64,000 nucleotides of DNA, from positions 105,467-169,466 of the forward strand of contig JACPES010000003.1 of NCBI GenBank assembly GCA_016183365.1, given 5' to 3'. This DNA comes from Candidatus Collierbacteria bacterium. GTDB taxonomy: Bacteria > Patescibacteriota > Microgenomatia > UBA1400 > JACPES01. Each line of letters opens with the position of its first letter. The stretch's first letter is position 1. Positions 48,729-58,925 of the stretch are shown piece by piece. A program made the translations under genes and the position numbers. The notes beneath the pieces were generated by a model, which worked only from the letters and a program-made list of their open reading frames with translations, was not told the origin of the DNA and made no database searches.

Positions 48729-48836
48729 TGAGTTGAGAGTAAAGAGTAAGGAGTAGAAAATAATGAGTAATGAAAATCAAGTAGCCGCGAAGCGCACAGT
48801 GTGGAACAAAAAACATGTGAGTCAGCGCGTGGTTTT

Positions 48837-49631
48837 TTATATCCGCGAAGAAGGGCAAAGTTTTTGTAGCGGACAATGCGGGCAATCGGGATTTTGGGCT
48901 TTACAGATGGCACGGCCATGATCTATCAATAAATATGTAAGTGCGAACCAATCTTCTTTTGGAATAATTTTCATAAGTTTCTGTTCAATCTTTTCCGGTG
49001 AGGCGTCTTTGTAATAATCGAGAATGAGATTGCCACGCCCGCGACCCAGGGTCGTGGCTCGCAATGACGGAGAAAGGTTCTTAGTAAAATAGACAGGTTT
49101 TTTGTTGGATCCAATTTTATCTTGAGAAACCAAATGCAGGCGTTGACTCAAGCGCAGGACGTGAGTATCAACCGCAATGCCCTCAACAATTCCGTAAGCG
49201 TTGCCTAAAACTACATTGGCGGTTTTCCGGGCAACACCGGGAATTGTCAGCATTTTTGCCATTGTCTTTGGAAGTTTTCCGTCAAACTTTTCAAGCAGTA
49301 TGCGTGCCGCCGCCTGAATATTTTTGGCTTTATTCCGGTAAAATCCTGTAGATTTGATATCTTTTTCCAATTCTTGTATCGGGGCTGTTGCAAAATTTTC
49401 CATCTCTTGCTCTTCTTCTGTCTTTCCCTTAGCCCTTAGCCCTTGTCCCTTAGCCTTGCGAAGCTTCATAAACAATTTCACCGTCACCTTATTAACTTTC
49501 TTATCCGTACACTGGGCCGAGAGAATGACGGAAACCAGCAATTCCCAGTTGTTTCCATAATTGAGGACAATTTTGGCGTTGGGATAAGTTTGTTTGAGAA
49601 TGTTAATAATTGCAGAGGTGTGTTTGTTCAT
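48837..49631 (-). CDS. nth: Endonuclease III with two in-frame repeat insertions
   Basis: LSAQCTD, GFYRNKAKNI, PGVARKTANVV, VDTHV, C-x6-C-x2-C-x5-C Fe-S motif. Confidence 0.95.
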   Translation of the reverse strand: MNKHTSAIINILKQTYPNAKIVLNYGNNWELLVSVILSAQCTDKKVNKVTVKLFMKLRKAKGQGLRAKGKTEEEQEMENFATAPIQELEKDIKSTGFYRNKAKNIQAAARILLEKFDGKLPKTMAKMLTIPGVARKTANVVLGNAYGIVEGIAVDTHVLRLSQRLHLVSQDKIGSNKKPVYFTKNLSPSLRATTLGRGRGNLILDYYKDASPEKIEQKLMKIIPKEDWFALTYLLIDHGRAICKAQNPDCPHCPLQKLCPSSRI

Positions 49632-49641
49632 ACTTAATTTG

Positions 49642-49675
49642 TATTACTTCAATTATTTAAATAATTGAAGTAATA
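49642..49675. repeat. Perfect 34-bp palindrome with family A core (49646-49671)
   Basis: TATTACTTCAATTATTTAAATAATTGAAGTAATA between divergent nth and miaB. Confidence 0.9.
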
Positions 49676-49774
49676 ATTATATTGTGACTAGGAAGATAAT
49701 GTACAACGGATTTTTTTATGATCATGATTGTTATACTACCAGTTAAAGAAATAATAAGTAAGAAATAATGAGTT

Positions 49775-51007
49775 ATGGGAAAAACATACTTTATTAAGAC
49801 ATTTGGCTGTCAGGCTAATAAATCCGATTCAGAGCGGATCGAGGGAGATTATCAGGCCAGAGGATATAAAAAATCCGCAAGCTGGCGGAAGGCTGACGAA
49901 ATTATCGTCAACACCTGCGCGGTCCGCGAGCGGGCCGAGCACCGGGCGAGAGGGTTTATCCATAATGTTGTTAGTTATTTTGAGATGAATCGTTCGGCTG
50001 CCCTTCTACAAAGTTCCTTCCGCCCGCCAGCGCAAGCCGCAGGCGTTACGGGCGAGGCAGGACAACCCGTCAGAATTAGACCTAAAATAATTTTGACGGG
50101 TTGCATGACGCATCATGGAGAAAAAAAACTACTGGAAATGATTCCGGAGTTGGATCAAGTTTTACCAATCAATGAAGTGGGTTTCAACCAGTCGTCAATA
50201 AGAAGGGATAAAATTCATGCTTGGGTGCCGATTTCCGAAGGGTGTAACTCCTTTTGCACTTTCTGCATTGTTCCCTATTCCCGAGGTCGGGAAAAAAGCC
50301 GGCCGATGGAAGATATTTTAAAGGAGGTGGAAGACTTGGCTAAACAGGGGTACAGGAAGATAACGCTATTAGGACAAAACGTTAATTCTTACGGATTGGA
50401 AAGGATAGGAATTGGATATCGTAAACTTTTATTGAACAATAATTTCACGCGATCAAAAATTCCCCCCAATCAGTCTCAATACATTAAGCCAAAGGGAATT
50501 CCGCCTTTCGTGAAACTATTAAAAGAAATTTCTAAAATTAGAGAAATTGAAAAAATCGGATTTTTAACCAGCAACCCTTGGGATTTCTACGACGAATTAA
50601 TTGAAGAAATTGCCGGAAACACAAAAATTGACAGATTTATTCATTTGCCGGTTCAATCCGGCTCCGACCGGATCTTGAAGTTAATGAATCGGGGATATAC
50701 CCGCCAGGACTATTTGGGATTAATCTTGAGGTTAAGAAAGGCCGTCCCCGACGTAGTTATAGGAACGGACATTATTGTCGGATTTCCGACGGAAACAAAT
50801 GAAGATTTTAAGCAAACGGTTGATTTGGCTAAAAAGGCCGATTTGACAGTAGCTTTTATGGCCCAATATTCTCCCCGGCCGGGAACTGCGGCTTGGAGAA
50901 TCTATAAAGATGATGTTCCGGCTGAAGTAAAGAAAAAAAGGTGGTTAATCCTGGAGAAATTGATTAACAGAAAGAATCTGGACAAAAGGCCGGTATTTTA
51001 TGAATAA
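49775..51007 (+). CDS. miaB: tRNA methylthiotransferase MiaB-like (no obvious TRAM domain)
   Basis: TFGCQ.N, NTCAVR, GCNSFCTFCIVP radical SAM motif, HLPVQSGSD, YSPRPGT; adjacent to miaA. Confidence 0.88.
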   Translation: MGKTYFIKTFGCQANKSDSERIEGDYQARGYKKSASWRKADEIIVNTCAVRERAEHRARGFIHNVVSYFEMNRSAALLQSSFRPPAQAAGVTGEAGQPVRIRPKIILTGCMTHHGEKKLLEMIPELDQVLPINEVGFNQSSIRRDKIHAWVPISEGCNSFCTFCIVPYSRGREKSRPMEDILKEVEDLAKQGYRKITLLGQNVNSYGLERIGIGYRKLLLNNNFTRSKIPPNQSQYIKPKGIPPFVKLLKEISKIREIEKIGFLTSNPWDFYDELIEEIAGNTKIDRFIHLPVQSGSDRILKLMNRGYTRQDYLGLILRLRKAVPDVVIGTDIIVGFPTETNEDFKQTVDLAKKADLTVAFMAQYSPRPGTAAWRIYKDDVPAEVKKKRWLILEKLINRKNLDKRPVFYE

Positions 51008-51914
51008 ATTGCTGGTTATATCAGGCCCAACCGCAACTGGTAAGACGCAATTAGCATTTAAGCTGGCGAAATTACTCAATGGCGAACTGATCTCTGCCGA
51101 TTCCCGTCAAGTGTATAAAGGTATGGATATTGGCACCGGCAAAGAATTCTCCGCTGAAATTCCAACTTGGGAATGTGATGTCGTCAGACCCGATGAGGAA
51201 TGGAGTGCTGCCCACTTTGTAAAATTGGCGAACAAACTGATTCCTGAAATTCAAAACAGACAAAAACTCCCCATAGTTGTCGGGGGAACCGGATTATATA
51301 TAGTCAATCTATTGAATCCGCCGGAAACCTTGAATATTCCGCCAAATAATGAGTTCCGTCAAAAACTTGAAAGATTGACCTTATCGGAGTTGCAAGGCGC
51401 GTTAAGACATCTTAATGAGAAGCGTTTTAATCAAATGAACGATTCGGATCAACGCAATCCCCGCCGGTTAATCCGTGCTATAGAAGTTGTGAAGTTTCGT
51501 AAACTTCACAAGTCCCGGAACGGTAAGGAGACTCCTTATTATCCTTGTTATAATGTTCTGCACGTTGGTTTAACTGTTCCAATTAAGGAGATAGATCGTC
51601 GAATTGAAGAGAGAGTTCGACAGCGATTACAGAACAGGGTCGAGCAAGAAGTGCGCCGATTGGTTAAGAAATACGGCTGGGATAGCGCCTTGAGCTTTAC
51701 TATCGGATATCAAGAATGGAAACCATACTTTGATGGGGAATGTTCCATAGATGAAGCTGTAAAAAGGTGGACCACTCACGAAAAGCAATACGCCAGAAGA
51801 CAATTGGTGTGGATGGCTAAATATTCCCCGGATAAGTTGTTTGACAGCGGCGAGTCTAACCATTACCAGGATATTGAAGCTCATGTCTGTCGGTGGTATT
51901 ATGGAAAAGAATGA
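51000..51914 (+). CDS. miaA: tRNA dimethylallyltransferase
   Basis: GPTATGKT, SADSRQVYKGMDIGTGK, VGGTGLY, RRLIRAIE, YARRQ. Confidence 0.95.
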   Translation: MNKLLVISGPTATGKTQLAFKLAKLLNGELISADSRQVYKGMDIGTGKEFSAEIPTWECDVVRPDEEWSAAHFVKLANKLIPEIQNRQKLPIVVGGTGLYIVNLLNPPETLNIPPNNEFRQKLERLTLSELQGALRHLNEKRFNQMNDSDQRNPRRLIRAIEVVKFRKLHKSRNGKETPYYPCYNVLHVGLTVPIKEIDRRIEERVRQRLQNRVEQEVRRLVKKYGWDSALSFTIGYQEWKPYFDGECSIDEAVKRWTTHEKQYARRQLVWMAKYSPDKLFDSGESNHYQDIEAHVCRWYYGKE

Positions 51915-52912
51915 AATCTATGGCAAAAAATATTCTGTCGGAAGGCCGCCACACTGTAGAAATTAGCCATAAGACAATTGTCTTTGTGGCTTTATTTGTA
52001 GTTTTCTTGGCTGCTTTAAAAAAAATAGACGGGATTTTAGTAGGAATATTCGTTTCTTACTTAATTATGGCTGCGGTTAATCCTTTGGTCAATATTCTGG
52101 AGAAATTTAAGATTCCCCGCTCGATTTCGGCTTTAATAATTTTGATCGGAATTTTGTCCGCTATTGTTTCCGCGATAGCGGCTTTGGTTCCTCCGATAGT
52201 GGACCAGACCGGAGCGTTTTTGTCCCAGTTGCCGAAACTCTTGGGACAATTAGGGGTTCAACTTGATCAATCGTTAGTTAGCAGCCAACTGGGGTCGATT
52301 CCGCAAAATGCTTTTAAAGTGATAAGCGGAGTGTTTTCTAATGCTTTAGCGGTATTTACTATTTTAGTCATGAGCTATTACATGATTCTGGAGCGCCAAC
52401 ATTTATCCGGACGGCTGACCCAGTGGTTTGGCGACAATGAGGTGGTAGTCGAGGATTTATTGGTTAAAATCGAAACTAAAATCGGTGGTTGGATCAGAGG
52501 TCAAATAGTTTTATCGCTGATTATAGGAATAGCTGTATATATAGGTTTGATTTCTTTATCTATACCCTACGCGGTTCCCCTGGCAATCATTGCCGGTTTG
52601 ATGGAGTCTATTCCTAACATTGGCCCGACGGTATCCATGGTCCCGGCGGCGGTGGTCGGTTTTACCATTAGCCCCCTGCACGGCGGGGCGGTAGTCCTGT
52701 TATATTTTTTGATCCAACAATTTGAAAACAATTTAATAGTTCCGTTGGTGATGCGCCGGGCAGTCGGATTAAACCCCCTGATAGTTATAATATCGCTAAT
52801 GGTTGGATTGACTTTGGGCGGTCCGGCCGGAGCAATTTTGTCAATCCCGATTGTATTGATAGGAGAAGTATTAGTTCCTTATTTTATCGGCCGTTCGCGA
52901 AAAATGATTTAG
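51911..52912 (+). CDS. AI-2E family transporter
   Basis: WIRGQ, IPNIGP, QQFENNLIVP, GLNP. Confidence 0.9.
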   Translation: MKSMAKNILSEGRHTVEISHKTIVFVALFVVFLAALKKIDGILVGIFVSYLIMAAVNPLVNILEKFKIPRSISALIILIGILSAIVSAIAALVPPIVDQTGAFLSQLPKLLGQLGVQLDQSLVSSQLGSIPQNAFKVISGVFSNALAVFTILVMSYYMILERQHLSGRLTQWFGDNEVVVEDLLVKIETKIGGWIRGQIVLSLIIGIAVYIGLISLSIPYAVPLAIIAGLMESIPNIGPTVSMVPAAVVGFTISPLHGGAVVLLYFLIQQFENNLIVPLVMRRAVGLNPLIVIISLMVGLTLGGPAGAILSIPIVLIGEVLVPYFIGRSRKMI

Positions 52913-52943
52913 CGTTTTCAGCTTCTCCGTTATAATTGCCACC

Positions 52944-54497
52944 ATGCGGGTTAGCGACTTAGATTTAGTAAAAGAAAGTTTATCTACCGGATTGCCGTCA
53001 GTTTTGACCGAGGGCGACGCGTCTTATATTGACATTCGGGTTGAAGCCAGTGAGGGAGTTGGGGCGTATTCCGAGAATGGGAATTCTAAAATTACCAGTC
53101 AGGATTGGTCGTTTGCGCTGGGAGTGAGGGCTATCGATAAAGAAGGTTTCTCGGCGGCCGGATTTTATGGTCGTCAGTTGGGCGGAAATGATCTGAAAAA
53201 TTTTACGAAAACTGCGCGGGAAATGATCAGGGTCGCCAAAGTTCGGGCTCGGGCAAATTCTTTAGCCAAGTCAGGGTTTAAAAAGCGCTATGGTAAATTC
53301 GCGGAATCTATAATGCCGACTTTTTTGACTCCGGTTAAAGCTGTTATTGACACCGTTCCGGCCGTCTACGAAAAAGATCCGCGGAAAGTAACTTCCAAAG
53401 AAATGACAGAATTGGCCAAGAGCGTTTCATCTGCGGCTTTGTCTTTTAATGGTTGCATCAAAAGGTCCGATGTGGTGGTTAATACCGGGATAACCAGACA
53501 AATATTTTTTTCTTCCGAAGGGGCCTTGATTGATCAATCCTGGTGCAGCAGCGGAGTAACCATATTCGTTTTAGCTCAAAACGATTCCGGCGACAAACCG
53601 GTTGATCTTTATCACCATACTGGGAATCAATTAGGGCTGGAGGCTTTGATAGATGGCCGGAATTCCCATAACAAAACTGCTGAAGAGTTTGCCAAGCAAA
53701 TTGCCAAAGAAGCGGTGATATTGGCCGACGCCAAACCGGCCCCGGAAATTAACCGTCCGGTAACTGTGGTTTTGGATCCGGACCTGATCGCTCTTTTTGC
53801 TCACGAGATTATCGGTCACCCGTCTGAATTAGACCGGGCCTTAAAAATGGAAACCGGCTACGCCGGCAGATCATGGTTATTCGGGGATATGGAAAATAAT
53901 ATGGCGGGTAAACAAGTCGGATCCTCTATTTTGACCGCGTTTTCCGATCCGACTTTGACAGGGGGATACGGAGTTTATAAATATGACGACGAAGGGACAA
54001 AGGCTAAAAGGGTTTATCATATAAAAAATGGGATATATCACGATTTTATGAATAGTCGGCAAACAGCTTCGATTGTCGGCGCCGCGCCCAACGGCCATTA
54101 CAAGGCTAATAACGCTTCCGCCGTCCCCTTGATTAGAATGTCGGTTTCGGCCATTGCCGGCGGTTCTACTCCGCCTGCAAAAATCATTTCCGAAGTGAAA
54201 AACGGATATTATTGTGTCGGCCACCGGATACCGTCAATTTCGGAAGCGCGGGAAAATTTTCAAATCGCTCCCAGGCTGATTTACGAAATAAAAAATGGCC
54301 GGATCGGCCAAGCTTACCGTGACGGAAGAGTCACGGCGGATTCAAAGGATTTTTTTATGTCAATTGATGCTCTGGGAAATGATTTTACCGTCTTTTCGAT
54401 TCCGAATTGCGGCAAAGGCCAGCCAATGCAAGCCAAACAGGTGGGTAACGGCGGTCCGACGGCACGGGGAAGGGCGAAGATTGCCAGAGGGGAATAA
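52944..54497 (+). CDS. tldD: TldD-family metalloprotease
   Basis: HEIIGHPSELDR, YDDEG, CGKGQP.Q....GGP. Confidence 0.9.
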   Translation: MRVSDLDLVKESLSTGLPSVLTEGDASYIDIRVEASEGVGAYSENGNSKITSQDWSFALGVRAIDKEGFSAAGFYGRQLGGNDLKNFTKTAREMIRVAKVRARANSLAKSGFKKRYGKFAESIMPTFLTPVKAVIDTVPAVYEKDPRKVTSKEMTELAKSVSSAALSFNGCIKRSDVVVNTGITRQIFFSSEGALIDQSWCSSGVTIFVLAQNDSGDKPVDLYHHTGNQLGLEALIDGRNSHNKTAEEFAKQIAKEAVILADAKPAPEINRPVTVVLDPDLIALFAHEIIGHPSELDRALKMETGYAGRSWLFGDMENNMAGKQVGSSILTAFSDPTLTGGYGVYKYDDEGTKAKRVYHIKNGIYHDFMNSRQTASIVGAAPNGHYKANNASAVPLIRMSVSAIAGGSTPPAKIISEVKNGYYCVGHRIPSISEARENFQIAPRLIYEIKNGRIGQAYRDGRVTADSKDFFMSIDALGNDFTVFSIPNCGKGQPMQAKQVGNGGPTARGRAKIARGE

Positions 54498-54500
54498 ATT

Positions 54501-54600
54501 AAAGCGCAAAGTGCAAATATCAAAGCGCAAAGTTAAGCTAAAAGTTAAAAACTTTAAGCTTTGAATTTGGTTTTGATCTTTGAGTTTTGATCTTTTAGTT
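54501..54600. repeat. Heptamer-periodic A-rich/T-rich inverted tract with no enclosed gene
   Basis: AAAGCGC/AAAGTGC/AAATATC... followed by TTTGAAT/TTTGATC/TTTGAGT... Confidence 0.6.
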
Positions 54601-54605
54601 TATAT

Positions 54606-56159
54606 ATGATAGAACTATCTAAACTAAAACAAATAACTAAGAATGGGTTAAATTACGTCAAGTCTGAACCAGGGATTATCGAGGCTCTCGTCTACGCTTC
54701 GGTAAACCACCGGACGGTGGGGCGGATTGTTTACACCACTCATTTACCGTGCAATGGCCTGGAAGAGCCAAAATCGGAAGAGGATTCGGGAATCGCCGTC
54801 GAGATTTGGTTTAAAAAAGGAAATAAAAAACTAATCGGGTTTGGCCACGAGCCCAACGATATTTCCTTGGCAGGGGTAAAAAAAGCTTTGGAGAAAGCCA
54901 AAAGGGACGCGGTGGAAGATCTGGATTTTGGCGGATTTTTAAAACCAGATAAAGATGTTTCCAAAATAAAAGAAACTTTTAACAGTAATAAACTGATGGA
55001 TGTTGATTTCAAAAAAGAGGCTGAATTATTGGCCAAATTGAGTTGGGAAGTTATCGAGGGTTCAATTGACGGATTGGAGCAATACGCCAAGAAGAAAGAT
55101 TTGTCTCCCAAAGAACTGGCTTTTATTTTAAACGGCGACAATTTCATTATCCGCGAGCGGATGGCCTTGGCTTCCACTAATGGAATCGAAGATTCTGACG
55201 AATCGACCGTATTTTTATCGTTTTTGACCGCGATGCTGGAAAAAGAAAATGCTAAAGGCTCAGCTTGGGGAAGTGAATCGGCGATTGATGAAGGATTCTC
55301 GACTTACGCAATTGGCAAGAAAGCGGCTTTGGCGGCGGTCAACGCGGTCGGGGGCAAAAGAATCGAGGGCAAAAAATATAGAGTGGTATTCGGGCCGCAG
55401 GCGGTGACGGAATTATTCGGAAATTTGCTTTTGCCAAACCTGAATTTAGGGATGATGGATTTCGGGGCCTCCATATTTACCGCTAAATACGGCCAAGAAG
55501 TGACTTCCCCGCTTTTAACTTTATATGATGACGCGACGCTTTTAGGCGGCGCCGGTAGCAAACGGATCACCTGCGAGGGTTGTTCGACCGGCAAAACGTT
55601 ATTGATTGAAAAGGGGAAACTTGTTGGGTTTTTATCAGATTTCAGAACTACCAGTAAAATGCTAAGAAAATCTAAAGAGTCGACTGCTAAACTAGGTGTT
55701 GATCCCCATGAGATCCGTCACGCCATCAGTCCCAGGAACGGATTTCGGTTTTCCGAAGGCGGCGGCCGGGTGGCGGCGGCATCGGTCGGAATCCACGCCA
55801 CCAATCTGGTGATTGAATCTCATCAGCCGATGACCGAAGGGGAAATTTTAAATAAAGTCGGGGACGGAATTTATATTGGCCGTTTGTGGTACACCTATCC
55901 GGTCGGGGGAATTTCTTCCGGGATTATTTCCGGGACCGCGATTGCCGATAATTACATTATCCGCAGAGGCAAATTGGCCGAGCCGATTTTGCCAAATACT
56001 TTAAGGATAGAAGATAATATCGGCGAGATGATAAAAAGGATTATCGGCATCGGCAACAATCAAATTCCGACCATCCTCTGGGCCTCCGACGAAATCACCC
56101 ACGCCCCCTGGGTAGCGATGGACAAGATCAATTTTGTGGAGATAAATAAGGGAGAGTAA
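54606..56159 (+). CDS. pmbA: PmbA/TldE-family partner protein
   Basis: TldD/PmbA fold features (T.EG..T....LIEKG.L, TNLVI) without HExxxH; follows tldD. Confidence 0.8.
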   Translation: MIELSKLKQITKNGLNYVKSEPGIIEALVYASVNHRTVGRIVYTTHLPCNGLEEPKSEEDSGIAVEIWFKKGNKKLIGFGHEPNDISLAGVKKALEKAKRDAVEDLDFGGFLKPDKDVSKIKETFNSNKLMDVDFKKEAELLAKLSWEVIEGSIDGLEQYAKKKDLSPKELAFILNGDNFIIRERMALASTNGIEDSDESTVFLSFLTAMLEKENAKGSAWGSESAIDEGFSTYAIGKKAALAAVNAVGGKRIEGKKYRVVFGPQAVTELFGNLLLPNLNLGMMDFGASIFTAKYGQEVTSPLLTLYDDATLLGGAGSKRITCEGCSTGKTLLIEKGKLVGFLSDFRTTSKMLRKSKESTAKLGVDPHEIRHAISPRNGFRFSEGGGRVAAASVGIHATNLVIESHQPMTEGEILNKVGDGIYIGRLWYTYPVGGISSGIISGTAIADNYIIRRGKLAEPILPNTLRIEDNIGEMIKRIIGIGNNQIPTILWASDEITHAPWVAMDKINFVEINKGE

Positions 56160-56507
56160 ATTTTTATTCGCGACTGCCGACCCGTCTGCAAGCGCCTATA
56201 GCGCTAGCGACTGGCGGGTAGGTCGGCACTGTGGAATAAAGCTCGTGAAATGTAAATAAAACCTTACGATCGTGAGAGAGTATTAACGTTATTCAGTTTT
56301 GGGTTTAAGTGAGCTTAAATCTTCTAATAGAACATTGGCGTAGCCGGTGGCGGCGAGAACCCGATCGATAAACTCGTTTGCTCAAGTAATTTCTGCCGCA
56401 GTCCGCAGTGAGGCCGGGGTGTCGTCGCCAAGTTGCATTTTCCAGATTACCGATTACTCCGTTCCACCATGCCCCCCCTTACTTTATATTGATTGTCCGG
56501 GTTATTG

Positions 56508-57272
56508 CTATGAATAACTTTTGCCGGAATTTCGTCTTTGACTAAATGCCGTATGGCAGCCAAGTGTTTTAAAAGATGGTAAGGACTTTTTAATGGATTG
56601 TATTTTTCTTCCGACATGAGGATATTTTACATCTAGAGATTTTTTTATTCTCGGTAGAGCTTTGGTGACGGCAATTTCGCGGTGGGTCAGGAATTTTTGC
56701 CTTTTTTCAACCGGCATTTGATGGACTTCGCCTAAAACCAATTTCCATTTGGGAATGTAAAATAGGGACTCAAACGGGACGCCTTCAATTCTTAAGGGAA
56801 TTGGTTTTTCCAAAATTTCTCCTTCTAAAATTCCGTCAAATGTCTCAATTCGGCAGTCCGGAGAGGACCGTCCTCCGAAAGCTAAAGTGATCACTGTCCG
56901 GAATCGGGCTCCCCGTTTTCTCTTTGGAACATTTTTCATTTTGTAAAGGCAATAGTCGATCGCCTCCTGATCCGTCATTCTGGTTTTTCCGTCGCGCCAG
57001 CGGCGGGCGTGAATTCCTGGTTCGCCGTTTAAAGCTTCAATTTCCAGTCCGGTATCGTCGGCCATAACCGCATAATTTTCTGCGGCCTTAAAATAAGCTT
57101 TGGCCTTGATGGCTGAATTTTCTTCCAGAGTCGATCCGGCTTCTTCAACTTCAATATCCAGCCCCAAATCTTTTAGGGATACCATTTTTATTCCGTAAGC
57201 CTTAAGAAGTCTGTCAACTTCAAATATTTTTCCCGGATTGGTGGTGGCGTAGAGAATTGTTTTAGAAAACAT
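56508..57272 (-). CDS. Non-canonical purine NTP pyrophosphatase (HAM1/RdgB family)
   Basis: ATTNPGK, EENSAIKA, ADDTGLEIEALNGEPG, THR. Confidence 0.9.
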   Translation of the reverse strand: MFSKTILYATTNPGKIFEVDRLLKAYGIKMVSLKDLGLDIEVEEAGSTLEENSAIKAKAYFKAAENYAVMADDTGLEIEALNGEPGIHARRWRDGKTRMTDQEAIDYCLYKMKNVPKRKRGARFRTVITLAFGGRSSPDCRIETFDGILEGEILEKPIPLRIEGVPFESLFYIPKWKLVLGEVHQMPVEKRQKFLTHREIAVTKALPRIKKSLDVKYPHVGRKIQSIKKSLPSFKTLGCHTAFSQRRNSGKSYS

Positions 57273-57389
57273 AAAAGAATATTATCATTTAAATTCTTTA
57301 TTCCAGACTGTCGATCGGCATCATGGAATAAAGCTCGTGAAATCAAAAAATACATTGAACACTTTTAAGTATTCTGTTAGAGTGGCTTA

Positions 57390-58925
57390 ATGTTAGCCAG
57401 GGTTTTTTCCGGCGCGAATGTCGGTCTGGATAGCTTGGTGGTTGAAGTTGAAGTTGACGTCTCCGAGCATGGTCTGCCTCATTTTGACATTGTCGGTTTG
57501 CCTTCGCAAGCGGTCAAAGAAAGCAAACAAAGGGTTTGGGCGGCTTTAAAAAACAGCGGAATTAAAAATCCGGCCCGGCGGATAACCATTAATTTGGCTC
57601 CGGCCGATCTGCCCAAAGACGGTCCGGCTTACGATCTGCCGATTGCCGTCGGAATCATGCTGGCGTTTAATCAAATTAATTTTGATTCCAGTCAGGCCAT
57701 GTTTTTTGGCGAATTATCTTTGGACGGTTCTTTGCGGCATACTTCGGGAGCCTTACCGTTGGCGCTTTTGGCCAAAGGTCACGGGTTTAAACAGGTGTTT
57801 TTACCAAAAGCCAATGCTAAAGAGGCGGCGGTGGTGGCCGGGATTGAAACCATGCCGGCGGTTTCGATTCAACAATTAATCGGTCATTTTTCAGGGATAG
57901 AAAGTTTAAAAATTTCTCCGCATCCGCCGATTGATTTCGGCCGGATTTTATCCGAACCGACAGCGGAATTTGATATGAGTGAAGTCCGCGGGCAAGAGGA
58001 AGCCAAAGAGGCGGTAAAAATTGCCGCGGCCGGAGGCCATAACGTCTTTTTACAAGGGCCGCCGGGGTCCGGGAAAACCATGTTGGCCCGAGCCATGCCG
58101 TCAATATTGCCGGATTTAACCCAAGACGAAGCCTTGGAAGTTACCAAGATTTATTCGATTTGCGGTTTGGTGCCGGAAGGGGAATCTATCATTAAACTTA
58201 GGCCGTTTCGATCTCCTCACCATACCACCAGCAGGGTGGGCTTAATCGGCGGCGGAACCCATCCCCGGCCCGGAGAAATATCCTTGTCTCACCGCGGAGT
58301 TTTGTTTCTGGATGAATTTCCGGAATTTCCCCGGAATGTTTTGGAGGCCTTGCGCCAGCCATTAGAAGACGGGGTGGTGACAGTTAGCCGGGCGGTGGGG
58401 ACCTGGACTTATCCGGCCAATTTTGTTTTAGTGGCGGCGGCCAATCCCTGTCCCTGTGGTAATTACGGCAGCCGCTGGAAACCCTGCATCTGTCCCCCGG
58501 CAGGAGTGGAAAGATATCGTAAAAGAGTTTCAGGTCCTATTTTAGACAGAATTGATTTACATGTTTCCGTCAAAGAAGTCCGACCGACTGATTTGGAGAA
58601 TTTGTCGTCCGGCGAAACCTCTTTAGTTATCCGCCAGAAAGTTCAAGCAGCCAGAGAACGCCAGACTTTAAGATTTAAGGGGACTAAAATTGTTTGCAAC
58701 GCGGATATGGGGACAAAAGCGGTCAAAACTTTTTGCCGGTTGTCAGCCGAATGCAGTGAGTTGGTAACCAAATTATCTTTGCATTACCGGCTGTCGGCCA
58801 GAGCCCACGTCAAATTAATTAAAGTCGGGAGAACCATCGCGGATTTAGTTGGCGACGATAATATTTTGCCGACTCATTTATTGCAGGCCGTCAGATTCCG
58901 CCAAACCGGGACTATTCCCGCTTAA
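57390..58925 (+). CDS. comM: YifB/ComM Mg-chelatase-like AAA+ ATPase
   Basis: [47 protein letters not shown]. Confidence 0.92.
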   Translation: MLARVFSGANVGLDSLVVEVEVDVSEHGLPHFDIVGLPSQAVKESKQRVWAALKNSGIKNPARRITINLAPADLPKDGPAYDLPIAVGIMLAFNQINFDSSQAMFFGELSLDGSLRHTSGALPLALLAKGHGFKQVFLPKANAKEAAVVAGIETMPAVSIQQLIGHFSGIESLKISPHPPIDFGRILSEPTAEFDMSEVRGQEEAKEAVKIAAAGGHNVFLQGPPGSGKTMLARAMPSILPDLTQDEALEVTKIYSICGLVPEGESIIKLRPFRSPHHTTSRVGLIGGGTHPRPGEISLSHRGVLFLDEFPEFPRNVLEALRQPLEDGVVTVSRAVGTWTYPANFVLVAAANPCPCGNYGSRWKPCICPPAGVERYRKRVSGPILDRIDLHVSVKEVRPTDLENLSSGETSLVIRQKVQAARERQTLRFKGTKIVCNADMGTKAVKTFCRLSAECSELVTKLSLHYRLSARAHVKLIKVGRTIADLVGDDNILPTHLLQAVRFRQTGTIPA

